From positions 19,722 through 83,721 of the forward strand of contig JAGVMA010000044.1 of assembly GCA_020054095.1 (NCBI GenBank): a stretch of 64,000 nt of DNA, in the 5' to 3' direction. The notes under the pieces are model-generated. The model was not told the origin of the DNA. It saw only the letters and a list, made by a program, of their open reading frames with translations, and did not search any database. The position numbers and the translations under genes are program-made. Positions 50,717 through 60,579 of the stretch are shown piece by piece (the first letter of the stretch is position 1; the number at the start of each line of letters is the position of its first letter). The stretch is from Bacteroidia bacterium (GTDB lineage: Bacteria; Bacteroidota; Bacteroidia; JADZBD01).

Positions 50717-52771
50717 ATGAAAAAAATATTTACTTCGACCTTTATAATTGGAATTTTAATTTCAGGTAACGCACAACATTTTTGCGGAACCACTGAAGTT
50801 TACAACCAAGTAGTGCACGATCATCCGGAGGTTTTACAAGAGCAAGAGCAGCTTGAAAATTTCACACAGCAGTATCAGCTTAACTTTAAAGGAAACAATA
50901 CCACATCGGCACCTATTTATACAATACCGGTGGTGTTTCACATACTACACCAATACGGCACCGAAAATATTTCTGAGCAGCAGATAAACGACCAAATGCG
51001 AATTTTGAATGAAGATTTTCAAAAGCTTAATGCAGATGTAAATACTGTGGCCGCCAGTTTTCAGGGCATATCTGCCGATGCACAAATACAATTTATGTTA
51101 GCACGCAAAGACCCAAATGGTAATTGCCACACGGGAATAGACAGAATAGTTTCGCCTGAAACAAACATTGGTGATGATGGCTCAAAACTTAACTCATGGC
51201 CGCGCAATAAATATTTGAACGTGTGGGTAGTGAAAACAATTTCTAGTGGCGCAGCTGGTTACGCTTACTTGCCAGGTACTGCACCAAGCGCAGCGGTAGA
51301 TGGTCTGATGATGCTTTCTACATATATAGGAAGTATTGGAACGGGCAATCCATCTACATCGCACACACTCACACACGAAGTAGGGCATTTTTTTAACCTA
51401 CAACACACATGGGGCAATACCAATCAGCCGGGCGTTTCTTGTGGTAATGATGGCGTTTCAGATACACCTGTAACAAAAGGGTGGACGACCTGCAACCTAA
51501 CAAACAATGATGTGTGCACTAGTGGTGTGGATGAAAATGTAGAAAACTTCATGGAATATTCTTTTTGCTTTAAAATGTTTACTGCCCAGCAAGCAACACG
51601 TATGCAAGCTTGCTTAAATAACACTGCCGGGCAGCGCAATCAGTTGCCAACAACATCAAACCTTGCAGCTACCGGAGTAGATGGAAGCATGAATAATGTT
51701 ACATGTGCCCCTATAGCAGATTACATTGCAACATTTAATTACGCGTGCACAGGTACAACATTTACATATAAAAATTATAATTGGGGTGGCCGAGCTACTT
51801 CATACAATTGGTCGTTTACGGGCGGCACTCCTTCATCATCTACTGATTCAATTCCATTAGTTGTTTACAATACACCTGGCACCTATTCTTCGTCAATGAC
51901 TGTTTCTAACGGAAGTGGCTCAAACACCCAAACAAGAACAAATTATGTAACTGCGTTTTCGCCAACAGCACAGTATAATTCATTTCAGTACTACGAAGGG
52001 TTTGAAAGCGGCAGTATTCCTAATAACGACTGGACGGTAATTAATCCGCAAAGTAATGCTTGGACGGTATCAAACACAGCATTTTTCACTGGTGCAAATT
52101 CTGTTAGACTAACTAACACAACTGCTAATTCAAGTCAAATAGATGAATTTTTTGGACCCTCTATTAATTTAGTTTCCATCCCCTCTCCGATATTTACATT
52201 TAAAGTTGCATTTGCACAGCGTACCACTAGCAATGCAGATAGATTACGAGTGCTCGTTTCCACAGATTGTGGTAGAACATGGGTTCCGAGATTAGCAAAA
52301 TCGGGTACTAATTTGAAAACCGTAAACCCAACCAATGTATCGTTTGTTCCAAATTCGCAATCGCAATGGAGAACGGAAACAATTAATCTTGCATCGTATG
52401 TAAATAGCACTAACGTGAGAATTAAATTTGAGTTTACCAGCGATGGAGGAAACAATATTTATATTGATGACATAAATATTCTTGGCGCATCATCTATTAA
52501 TGATGAATTTGAAAACGCTGTTGCGATGACATTGTTTCCTAATCCAACGGATGCCAACAGTACCGTTAGTTTCAATGTGCTACAGACAGGGAAAATATCA
52601 TTACAAATTACGGATATGATTGGTAGAATGGTTGACGAAATTTACAATGGCGAGATGATTGCGGGCGAACAACAATTATTTATCCCAACTGAAAATATGA
52701 GCAAAGGTATTTATACAGTTATGCTAAATATTGATGGGCGAATAGTTGCTAAAAAGCTGATAGTTAATTAA
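50717..52771 (+). CDS. M43 (pappalysin/cytophagalysin-like) zinc metalloprotease with T9SS C-terminal domain
   Basis: HTLTHEVGHFFNLQHTWG (HExxHxxGxxH). C-terminal LFPNPTDANSTVSFNV...GIYTVML tail. Confidence 0.7.
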   Translation: MKKIFTSTFIIGILISGNAQHFCGTTEVYNQVVHDHPEVLQEQEQLENFTQQYQLNFKGNNTTSAPIYTIPVVFHILHQYGTENISEQQINDQMRILNEDFQKLNADVNTVAASFQGISADAQIQFMLARKDPNGNCHTGIDRIVSPETNIGDDGSKLNSWPRNKYLNVWVVKTISSGAAGYAYLPGTAPSAAVDGLMMLSTYIGSIGTGNPSTSHTLTHEVGHFFNLQHTWGNTNQPGVSCGNDGVSDTPVTKGWTTCNLTNNDVCTSGVDENVENFMEYSFCFKMFTAQQATRMQACLNNTAGQRNQLPTTSNLAATGVDGSMNNVTCAPIADYIATFNYACTGTTFTYKNYNWGGRATSYNWSFTGGTPSSSTDSIPLVVYNTPGTYSSSMTVSNGSGSNTQTRTNYVTAFSPTAQYNSFQYYEGFESGSIPNNDWTVINPQSNAWTVSNTAFFTGANSVRLTNTTANSSQIDEFFGPSINLVSIPSPIFTFKVAFAQRTTSNADRLRVLVSTDCGRTWVPRLAKSGTNLKTVNPTNVSFVPNSQSQWRTETINLASYVNSTNVRIKFEFTSDGGNNIYIDDINILGASSINDEFENAVAMTLFPNPTDANSTVSFNVLQTGKISLQITDMIGRMVDEIYNGEMIAGEQQLFIPTENMSKGIYTVMLNIDGRIVAKKLIVN

Positions 52772-52795
52772 CACCTAAAAGTAAATCATCACAAA

Positions 52796-52833
52796 AAAGC
52801 AGGGCGGCCAAAGGCCGCCCTGCTTTTTTGTGA
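52796..52833. terminator. bidirectional rho-independent terminator between convergent genes
   Basis: aaaaaagcagggcggcc-aaa-ggccgccctgctttttt. Confidence 0.75.
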
Positions 52834-52855
52834 TATAGTGTGACACAGTTATAAG

Positions 52856-55800
52856 TTAATTCTCTCCCCGCAATGGCAAATCAGCCAAGTAATCGTCCAA
52901 TAATTTTTTAGAATTTTTGGTTTTAAAGAAACTCATTGGTTGATAGTTGATGTCTTTGTCTTTTCCGCGAACAAGCATGTGTAAAAACCAGCTGTCTTCG
53001 GAGTAGGTTCCAAATGGTTTTGGAGTCATAGTCATTAGCTGGTAGCCGAACTGCTGTGCAATCATTGGGAACAACCCAAAGTTGGTATCATCAATGTTTG
53101 ATAACTCCTCGATGATGATGAAGCGAACACCCGGGCGATTTTTATCGCGCTGAATAACCGATAAACGACCGATACATAATAAAGCAAGCGCAGTGTAAGC
53201 TTGCCCGCCCGAACCCGAGTAACGATTATTTTTATCATCGTACAAACCCACACGCAATTCAAAATAAAATTTAGGATTCAATAGATCCTCTAATTCACAA
53301 TTTTTTACCATGCTGAATTGCTGAGCAATGCTGATGATAAATTTATCGGGAGAATTATCTCCATGATGCATGCCGGGTTGCTCGGTAAATAAATCGGCAC
53401 CAAAGCGTTGCACTTTAGCGCGTTCGCGCATTTTAGCAATCCAGTCAATGGTTATGTCTTTGCGGTCGTTAAAATCAATGCGGAAATTATATCCATAACT
53501 GATTTTATTTTCGCTGAAGAAAAAGTTAAGTTCAGTAACTAATCGTTTTAAGGCATGGTATTGTTTTTCTACTTGCGAAAACACATTGACGATAATTGCT
53601 AACTGTAAATCACCAAATTTTTTCAACTCCTCATTCAATTTTCCAAGTTCAGGCGAAATGCCTTCTAAGCCGAGCTTACCACACAACACCCTCACAAGCG
53701 TAAAAAAATTAAACTTATCGTTTTCCACATCCGGGCTTTTGTGATCTTTTGTTTCGTCAAACGATTGCACAATGCGCGTGTATTCCTCTTCATAATCTCT
53801 GCGAGCAGCATTGTATTCAATTTCCATCTTTTTAATTTGCCTATCAGTTAAATCTCCGGTTTGCAAAATATCTTCAAACTTAAAACTTGTTTCGCTCTCT
53901 AACGCTTTGCGTTTTTCTTCAAATGCCGTGCGCGATTTGTTTAAATCTGCGGCTAATTGCTTGTCGCGTTCTTTACATGAGTTAATAGTTCCTTCGGCCG
54001 AAATAATGTTGCGCTCGGTCTCTTCGCGCTGCTCTTCTAATGAGTGTAATTGCTCCTCAACATCCTTTAACTGATCACGAACAATATCAATTTTCTGATT
54101 TTTTAAAGCTTTCAATTGGTCGGCAGTTAATTTTTTACCGCTTTGTCGGTCTAATTCGGTTTCGTATCTCAGCATATCGCGCACCATGTTTTCGTTTTCG
54201 ATATGCCCTTCGGTTTGTCGTTTAGCAATTAAAATTGCCTCTTCGTTTACTCGCCTGTAATCATCCCTCAGCTCATCATACTGCGATAAATTATCAATAT
54301 TGTTTTGAATAATTTCTATAACAGATTCGGTTAAGTCTTCGTCAATTTCAAAAGATTCAATGTCTTTCCGCTTTTTATATGCTTCAAACATTTCGGCATT
54401 GTAACCAATATTACTTAGCTCGCGGTTAAGTTTAGAAATTTTGTCAAACTCTTCTTTCGCCTCTGCCAAATTCTTGGCCGCTTCTTCTTTGTCTTTCGCC
54501 AAAGATGTTTTAAGGTTTTTTGCGTTACCAAACTTTTGCTCGCTTATATAAGGAACATATTCGCGCAACTCCCCAAGCACCAACCAAATTCCGTTTTTGT
54601 CTTCTTCAACTGCATCTAACAATGATTTAGGGTCGTCAGTATAACGTATTCCGGCTTCGGCAGTTTTTGGTTTTTTTAGCAATACATCTTTAAAATGCAT
54701 TAAAGCAGTTTCTTGTGCAACGGTCAAACTTTTCTTTTGTGCCGCAGCCCATACCAAAAGCGAATCGGCAGCCCCGCTTTCATAGACATCAAGCAAATTC
54801 TCAAGCTCGGCAATAGTTTGTGGCAGGTCTATTAATTTTTGCTGATAGTGCTCATAAGCATTGTCGTAATCCTTAGCCCATTCTGATTTTTCAAACTCGG
54901 CAAAGCTGTTTATTGATTTCAATAATGATAAACGCTTTTTAACATCACCAAAGTTTGCTTGCTTGTTCAGTTGCTCGCGTATGGCTTTTACCGATTTATA
55001 TTTTTTAAATATCGGGTCTATTTTTTCCAATTCGTTTAAAACGATGAGCAACTTATTCGCTTGCACACGCAATTCTTCAATTTTAATATCACTCAACTCA
55101 GGCAGTACGTTATCGTAATGCTCTTTCATAATAGTAGTTATCGCAAAAGCTTCGGCATATAGTTTTAATATATTGCTTTGCAATACTTTTATTTCTTCTG
55201 AGTTTTTTTTGAAACTTTTTTGTGCATTTTCTAACCTATAAGCATTTTCCTCGTGTATCTTGTGTATATCAATATAAGTGAGTGATGCTAAAATAGCATC
55301 GCTTTTCAGATAGTCTATTTTTTTCTCGGCATATTTATCGTGCTTTTCTTTTAAGGCGGTTAGCTTAGTTTGCTTCACCTCCAATTCATTAATTACGGTC
55401 CGGTTTAAATTATATTGCCTGATGTAACTCACAAGCATATCTTTTTGCTCGCCAAATAGTGTTTTAATATCTTCGTTTTCCTCGAACAAGAAATTCTGTA
55501 AACTTTTTGAGTTATTGATGTCAAGCGTTTTGGCGCGTGCAAACGATTGAATAACTTTTGCATACGCTTTTAAGTTATTCTCTTTTGTTAAATCAATTGG
55601 AATTAGTTGATTTTTATAAAGTATATCGTAATACAGTTGTATTTCTTCGGATTGAAAAAAGTCTTTCAAGAACAAGCCATGCTTCTTATGTAACTGCTCT
55701 TTCAGTTCTCTCAAGTCAAGTACCTTTTTATCATCACCTAAAAAATCCCACGATTTTATTGGTCGCTCGAAAGAAATGAGCGTTTTGTTTTCAAAGTCAT

Positions 55801-56164
55801 CGCTCTTTTGAATAATGAAAGGCCTAACCGGCATTCTAGAATTTTTTGGTATAAATGCCCCGATGCAAATAAATCGGTTTTGGTAGCGCTCAATATTAAT
55901 AAAGGTGTAGCCGTGCTCCACATAATCTTTATTGAGCGGAATGCCTTCAATTTTTCTGTCGTTTTTACCCACGCCTTCGGTGCCCGGTTTCCACATATCG
56001 CGCTTCGGAATAAAAATAAGTTGCATTAAGTCGGCAATTACTGATTTGCCTAATCCGTTATCTCCCGTAAAATCGGTGCGGATAGGATGCAAAAGGTAAT
56101 CGGCATTATTGTGCTGCCTTATGCCAGCAGTAGATAGAGAGTAAATTCTAGGATAGTTGCTCAT
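52856..56164 (-). CDS. SMC/MukB-like ATPase (Wadjet JetC / MksB-type)
   Basis: 1102 aa. N-terminal P-loop FTGDNGLGKSV, long coiled-coil middle, C-terminal signature GSGGQ and Walker B FIIIEE. Confidence 0.7.
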   Translation of the reverse strand: MSNYPRIYSLSTAGIRQHNNADYLLHPIRTDFTGDNGLGKSVIADLMQLIFIPKRDMWKPGTEGVGKNDRKIEGIPLNKDYVEHGYTFINIERYQNRFICIGAFIPKNSRMPVRPFIIQKSDDFENKTLISFERPIKSWDFLGDDKKVLDLRELKEQLHKKHGLFLKDFFQSEEIQLYYDILYKNQLIPIDLTKENNLKAYAKVIQSFARAKTLDINNSKSLQNFLFEENEDIKTLFGEQKDMLVSYIRQYNLNRTVINELEVKQTKLTALKEKHDKYAEKKIDYLKSDAILASLTYIDIHKIHEENAYRLENAQKSFKKNSEEIKVLQSNILKLYAEAFAITTIMKEHYDNVLPELSDIKIEELRVQANKLLIVLNELEKIDPIFKKYKSVKAIREQLNKQANFGDVKKRLSLLKSINSFAEFEKSEWAKDYDNAYEHYQQKLIDLPQTIAELENLLDVYESGAADSLLVWAAAQKKSLTVAQETALMHFKDVLLKKPKTAEAGIRYTDDPKSLLDAVEEDKNGIWLVLGELREYVPYISEQKFGNAKNLKTSLAKDKEEAAKNLAEAKEEFDKISKLNRELSNIGYNAEMFEAYKKRKDIESFEIDEDLTESVIEIIQNNIDNLSQYDELRDDYRRVNEEAILIAKRQTEGHIENENMVRDMLRYETELDRQSGKKLTADQLKALKNQKIDIVRDQLKDVEEQLHSLEEQREETERNIISAEGTINSCKERDKQLAADLNKSRTAFEEKRKALESETSFKFEDILQTGDLTDRQIKKMEIEYNAARRDYEEEYTRIVQSFDETKDHKSPDVENDKFNFFTLVRVLCGKLGLEGISPELGKLNEELKKFGDLQLAIIVNVFSQVEKQYHALKRLVTELNFFFSENKISYGYNFRIDFNDRKDITIDWIAKMRERAKVQRFGADLFTEQPGMHHGDNSPDKFIISIAQQFSMVKNCELEDLLNPKFYFELRVGLYDDKNNRYSGSGGQAYTALALLCIGRLSVIQRDKNRPGVRFIIIEELSNIDDTNFGLFPMIAQQFGYQLMTMTPKPFGTYSEDSWFLHMLVRGKDKDINYQPMSFFKTKNSKKLLDDYLADLPLRGEN

Positions 56165-56804
56165 TTATATATTCGCTCATTAGTTCAACATTTGCAATTT
56201 CATTGGCGTATAATCGTGCTATGCGATCAATACTTGGCATAATTTCAAATTGTGTGGCTTCGTAATCAACCCAGTGTATCCAGCCAAAGCGCTCGAATAA
56301 AGACAGCGAGCGCTCAAACCTGCGTTTCATTTCTTCTTTTTCGTTAGGAGTATAATTGCGTTTTATTTCTCCGTACAAAACTTTTTGCCATAGTTCTTTG
56401 TGTTCACTTTCATCAATCACTTGTTCTATTTGTTGCCACTTTACTTCTTTGCTTTCAAAAAAACGCTCCTTATATATATTAAGTAACAGCACGGCAATAA
56501 TCACATGACGGTCGTCCATGATTCGGTGGCGGTCGCCCACAAATTTTCCGCTGCCATCTTGTGGTAGTTCAATAAAAAAATAAATATCGCGTTCGTTGCT
56601 TTCTCTGCGAAGGTAAACGGCAAATAGGTGTTCGTAATACAAGCACAGTTGCTCGTAGTGATCGTTAATGTAATCCCACAGTTTTGCATCCGAAGCATAG
56701 TTTTGTATGTGTCGTCCGGCACGGAGCGCAAAGTCGCAATCGGCAAAATATTTGCCCGATGCTTCGTTTGCTAAGAATTGGAGCGAGTAATTTTCATTTT
56801 CCAT
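56148..56804 (-). CDS. MukE-like (Wadjet JetB / MksE-type, DUF4194-like) protein
   Basis: 218 aa, acidic. Its position and overlaps (17 nt with the ATPase gene, 34 nt with the upstream gene) match jetB/mksE in JetABC/MksFEB operons. Confidence 0.55.
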   Translation of the reverse strand: MENENYSLQFLANEASGKYFADCDFALRAGRHIQNYASDAKLWDYINDHYEQLCLYYEHLFAVYLRRESNERDIYFFIELPQDGSGKFVGDRHRIMDDRHVIIAVLLLNIYKERFFESKEVKWQQIEQVIDESEHKELWQKVLYGEIKRNYTPNEKEEMKRRFERSLSLFERFGWIHWVDYEATQFEIMPSIDRIARLYANEIANVELMSEYINEQLS

Positions 56805-58102
56805 AGTGCTAAATCGTCTTTTGCTTTAAATGGTTTTTGTTGATCAATAACAATATCCATTTCTTTATTACGGTTATATTTTTGAATTAAATTAAAACAC
56901 ACATCAATAGGCACTTCCAAATTTTTCTCTTTGGCGTACATGTCCTTAAACCATTTTTCATAAATAAAATCTTCGCCCTTTGCTAATGATGCGTTAATGC
57001 TTTCGAGCCACTGCGTAACACTTTCTTGCCTGTTTAGTACACGCATGTTCTCGGCTTCTTTTTTCTTTTTGTACTCGGCATCTTCTTCCATCTCGGGCAC
57101 ATCGCGTGGCGTAACTTCTGTAAAATTGAGCGATGGTATTTTGGTGTATTTTTCTCTGAAATATGGAATTTTACGATTGGCAATATTTTCGGGTAGCACC
57201 ACCACAGCATCATTTGTCCACTTGCTGTTTTTTAAAAGATAGTGCAAAAACTTTTCAATTTTTAATTTAAAAAGCTGCTTGTATTGTAGTGTTTCATAAA
57301 GCGCACGCAACCTCGAAGTTGATAATTGTATCCGGTCATTTATGGAAAGTACGCGACTATCTATGTTATCAAAAAATTTTTCTACCTCGTGTCGTATTTT
57401 GGTATATGATTCCCAATCTTCTTTTTTATCCAGAAAATTCTTCTCGGCATCTTTTATATTGTCAATTATCTCGAGTTTAAAATTTAATGTTTCAGTAAGG
57501 CCATCGGTTTGTTTTCCCAGGCCTTCAAAAATTTCGATAAAGCGAGTAATTAATTCTTTCGTGCTTGTAATTTCGCTTTTTAAAAGAGTGCGCAATGCCA
57601 TTGTTTTAGCATCCACTAATCTTTGCAAGTTTTCGGAGTGAGCTAAAATAATTCGTTTTGATGGTTCATAATGCTGCCGAAACCAATATTCAAAATTTTT
57701 AATCGAAGTTAAATCCTCTCGCTCCATTTTCAGCGTTCGTCTAAAAGTGTGGATTAGTTCCGTCTCTTCAAACTGGGGTTCCATCTCATTTATGATGATG
57801 CGAACCAAATCGCGCGCAAAAACAGTTAACTGGTAACGATATTCGTTACCTTTTTTAAGAGTAGTATAATAAAACTGGCTAAGTTTACGGGAGATGCTTT
57901 CTTTTTGGATAGTTTGCCCACGATGCAAAATGTTCGACACTTCGTCAATTGCATCCTCAAAATCGCGTTGCGTGAATGGATCTTCAATTTCTTGTTTGTC
58001 AATTTTATTTTGGAGTGTTATCAGGAGCAGAACCACTTCTTTATTTTGTGGGAGAAGTGTATCGTAATTTCCTAAAACCGATTGCAAAAGCTCTTTTTGC
58101 AT
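56771..58102 (-). CDS. MukF-like kleisin (Wadjet JetA / MksF-type, DUF3375-like) protein
   Basis: 443 aa, first gene of the three-gene overlapping operon. Size and order fit jetA/mksF. Confidence 0.5.
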   Translation of the reverse strand: MQKELLQSVLGNYDTLLPQNKEVVLLLITLQNKIDKQEIEDPFTQRDFEDAIDEVSNILHRGQTIQKESISRKLSQFYYTTLKKGNEYRYQLTVFARDLVRIIINEMEPQFEETELIHTFRRTLKMEREDLTSIKNFEYWFRQHYEPSKRIILAHSENLQRLVDAKTMALRTLLKSEITSTKELITRFIEIFEGLGKQTDGLTETLNFKLEIIDNIKDAEKNFLDKKEDWESYTKIRHEVEKFFDNIDSRVLSINDRIQLSTSRLRALYETLQYKQLFKLKIEKFLHYLLKNSKWTNDAVVVLPENIANRKIPYFREKYTKIPSLNFTEVTPRDVPEMEEDAEYKKKKEAENMRVLNRQESVTQWLESINASLAKGEDFIYEKWFKDMYAKEKNLEVPIDVCFNLIQKYNRNKEMDIVIDQQKPFKAKDDLALWKMKITRSNS

Positions 58103-58284
58103 GAAGAGTGGTGTTTTTTTAGCGCATCTAAAATATAGTAAATAAGCGCGGCAGTAGTTAAAAGTTATTAACGCTCGCCCTCATTTTGTTGATACTCAAA
58201 AGAAGAAAAACAAATTAAAATTAGTGCGGTAAAAAGATTTTGAATTTATTTTGCCGAAGTAAAAATTAAAACACACAAACTACG

Positions 58285-58629
58285 ATGACCAAAAATATTC
58301 GAGTCCTTGAAAATTTTCATATTCCGTTGTGGCTGATAAAAGATGCTTGCTGGATGTTCCACTGGAAATTAATTGGTGTAACTATGATTGCTCCAACATT
58401 AGCAGTATCGCTGCTTATTGTTTTCATTACTCGAAAATCGAATGATGTTTTTATTAACGCAGCAATTTCTTTTTGGATTTCGGCAAATGCTTTTTGGATG
58501 TGTGCCGAGTTTTTTGCATTTGAGCAATACAAAGAACTGGCCGCAATTCCTTTTTCGTGCGGATTTTTATTCGTTATTATTTTTTACTTGAGAGCGAAAA
58601 AAACTAAAAACGAAGAAAAAAATACCTGA
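58285..58629 (+). CDS. small integral membrane protein (hypothetical)
   Basis: 114 aa with 3-4 hydrophobic helices. Confidence 0.35.
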   Translation: MTKNIRVLENFHIPLWLIKDACWMFHWKLIGVTMIAPTLAVSLLIVFITRKSNDVFINAAISFWISANAFWMCAEFFAFEQYKELAAIPFSCGFLFVIIFYLRAKKTKNEEKNT

Positions 58630-58953
58630 AACAAAAAAATTTCACTCATCGAAAAAATATTTTTTGATGCAAAAATCAAATTTTGTTGTCAGAAAAATTA
58701 ATCACAGTTCATCTGAAAAAAAATATTTCAATAAAAAATCAATCTCTTACATCCCTTTGTTATCAACGAAAACTGAGCATCACAAAATATTTTTTAAACA
58801 AAAATATTTCTTCATCACAAAAAATATTTTTTTCAGTTCAGAGTTATTAACTTTTTTAACAGTAGTGTGTTGAAAAAAAAGATGTGTTAAAAATTAGTTA
58901 GTAATTAAAATTTCACTTACTTCGTATCAATAATAATTTCAAAAACCAAAAAC

Positions 58954-59035
58954 CATGGCTAAAAAAGCAGCAAAAAAGAAAGCAGCTCCTAAAAAGAAAG
59001 CAGCTAAGAAAAAAGCTTCTAAGAAAAAGAAGTAA
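58954..59035 (+). CDS. K/A-rich micro-protein (histone H1-tail-like), reading frame broken by a +1 shift at an A-run
   Basis: The ATG frame gives MAKKAAKKKSSS*. The +1 frame continues AAPKKKAAKKKASKKKK* to 59035. The junction lies in gcaaaaaagaaaagc (A_AAA_AAG). A strong terminator follows immediately. Confidence 0.35.
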
Positions 59036-59040
59036 AGTAA

Positions 59041-59068
59041 AAGGCACCGAAAGGTGCCTTTCTTTTTT
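59041..59068 (+). terminator. rho-independent terminator
   Basis: aaggcacc-gaa-aggtgcctt followed by tcttttttaa. Confidence 0.75.
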
Positions 59069-59104
59069 AAACACATTTTGTCCCGAAAATATTTTTCGGG
59101 ATTT

Positions 59105-60139
59105 TTATTTAAATACATTAGTGATTGGTTCTGTACCAATTCCCGGCAGATGGCTAAGCACAATTTTTCCGTTCACGAATTTTATTCCAGTAAAAAAATC
59201 ATTCTTTATTAATAGTGGGCCATCTAAATCAGCCCAATCAGCTAATGGTGCGAGTTGAGACGCTGCAGAAACTCCGCACGATGTTTCGCTCATGCAACCG
59301 ATGCAGATTTTCATTTTTAATTCATTTGCTCGCTCTATCATTTTTCGTGCTTCGTTAAGTCCGGTTGATTTCATGAGCTTAATATTTATTCCACTAAATG
59401 CACCGTTTGTTTTTTCAATATCAACTAATCGTTTACAAGATTCATCGGCAATGATTGGTAAATTACTTCGTTCGGTTAACCATGCAGTTTCATCAATCAT
59501 ATTTATTGGTAATGGCTGTTCCACAAGCAGAGTGTTTTTTTCTGACAGCCACGCAATCATTTCATCAGCAAAATATTTATCCTTCCATCCTTGATTTACG
59601 TCAACAATTATTGGCTTATCTGTTAGTGCGCGAATGACGTTGATCATTTTTTTATCGTCTTCCGAGCCAAGCTTCACCTTTAAAATTTTATAATCAGTGG
59701 CATCAATTATTTTTTGTTGTATTTCATTTTCGTTAGATATGCCAATAGTATAAGTTGTGAACGAAGTTTTATTGGCATTGATATTCCAGAGTTTATGCAG
59801 CGGAGCATTCTTGAATTTCCCTAATAAATCATGTAGCGCAATATCAACCGATGCTTTTGCTGCATTATTGCCCGCTTCTATTTCATCTATTTTTTCTAAT
59901 ATTTGCTCAATATCATTAATCGAACTAAACCGACTTAAAACACGAATTACTTTTTCTAAAAAAGCTGTTGCACTTTCGTGCGTTTCGCCCAGGTATGGAG
60001 GCATTGATGCTTCGCCATATCCACTTACATCGGCTAACGAAATTTTAGTGAACACAACAGGTGTGTGTGTGCGCATACCGTGAGCAATTTTAAATGGCGT
60101 TTTAAATTCAAGAAAATGTGTTCGATATTCTAATAACAT
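59105..60139 (-). CDS. dipeptide epimerase (enolase superfamily; L-Ala-D/L-Glu epimerase-like)
   Basis: MLLEYRTHFLEFKTPFKIAHG N-terminus and KVKLG...DVNQGW...DES enolase-superfamily catalytic pattern over its 344 aa. Confidence 0.75.
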   Translation of the reverse strand: MLLEYRTHFLEFKTPFKIAHGMRTHTPVVFTKISLADVSGYGEASMPPYLGETHESATAFLEKVIRVLSRFSSINDIEQILEKIDEIEAGNNAAKASVDIALHDLLGKFKNAPLHKLWNINANKTSFTTYTIGISNENEIQQKIIDATDYKILKVKLGSEDDKKMINVIRALTDKPIIVDVNQGWKDKYFADEMIAWLSEKNTLLVEQPLPINMIDETAWLTERSNLPIIADESCKRLVDIEKTNGAFSGINIKLMKSTGLNEARKMIERANELKMKICIGCMSETSCGVSAASQLAPLADWADLDGPLLIKNDFFTGIKFVNGKIVLSHLPGIGTEPITNVFK

Positions 60140-60579
60140 AACATTTCAAATGTATGATTATGGCGCAATAAATTTAATATGTTTGTTTTATGAGCAGTAA
60201 AGTTGTTTTTTAACGGACGGAAGACGACTAAGTAAAATTGAATAGCTATAGGATAGAATTTATCGGAATAAACGATTGCATAGAAAAAATGATTTAGTGA
60301 TTGCCGCTGTTATATTGCCCTTAAAAACAAACAATGCAGTGAAGAAAATAATGAGTTTTATAAAAACGAAACAAAGCAGCATATCAATTCAGGATATAAA
60401 TGCAGGCGCTAAATAGCCACATTGCGGCCTCGTTGCTTGAATGCATGATGCCTGCTTTTGCAGATGATTTCCGGTAAATAAAAGTTTTAGAATTGAAAAA
60501 TCCCGATTAATTGAAATGTATATGAATGCTTGTTTTAATCTAAATTTCTATATTTGCTCATTACATTAAAAATTAAAAC

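Noticed and set aside
52856-58102. Complete Wadjet (JetABCD) system
   Set aside because: No JetD/MksG (DUF2220/toprim) gene is adjacent. The operon is terminated by a strong bidirectional terminator, so only the JetABC/MksFEB core is claimed.
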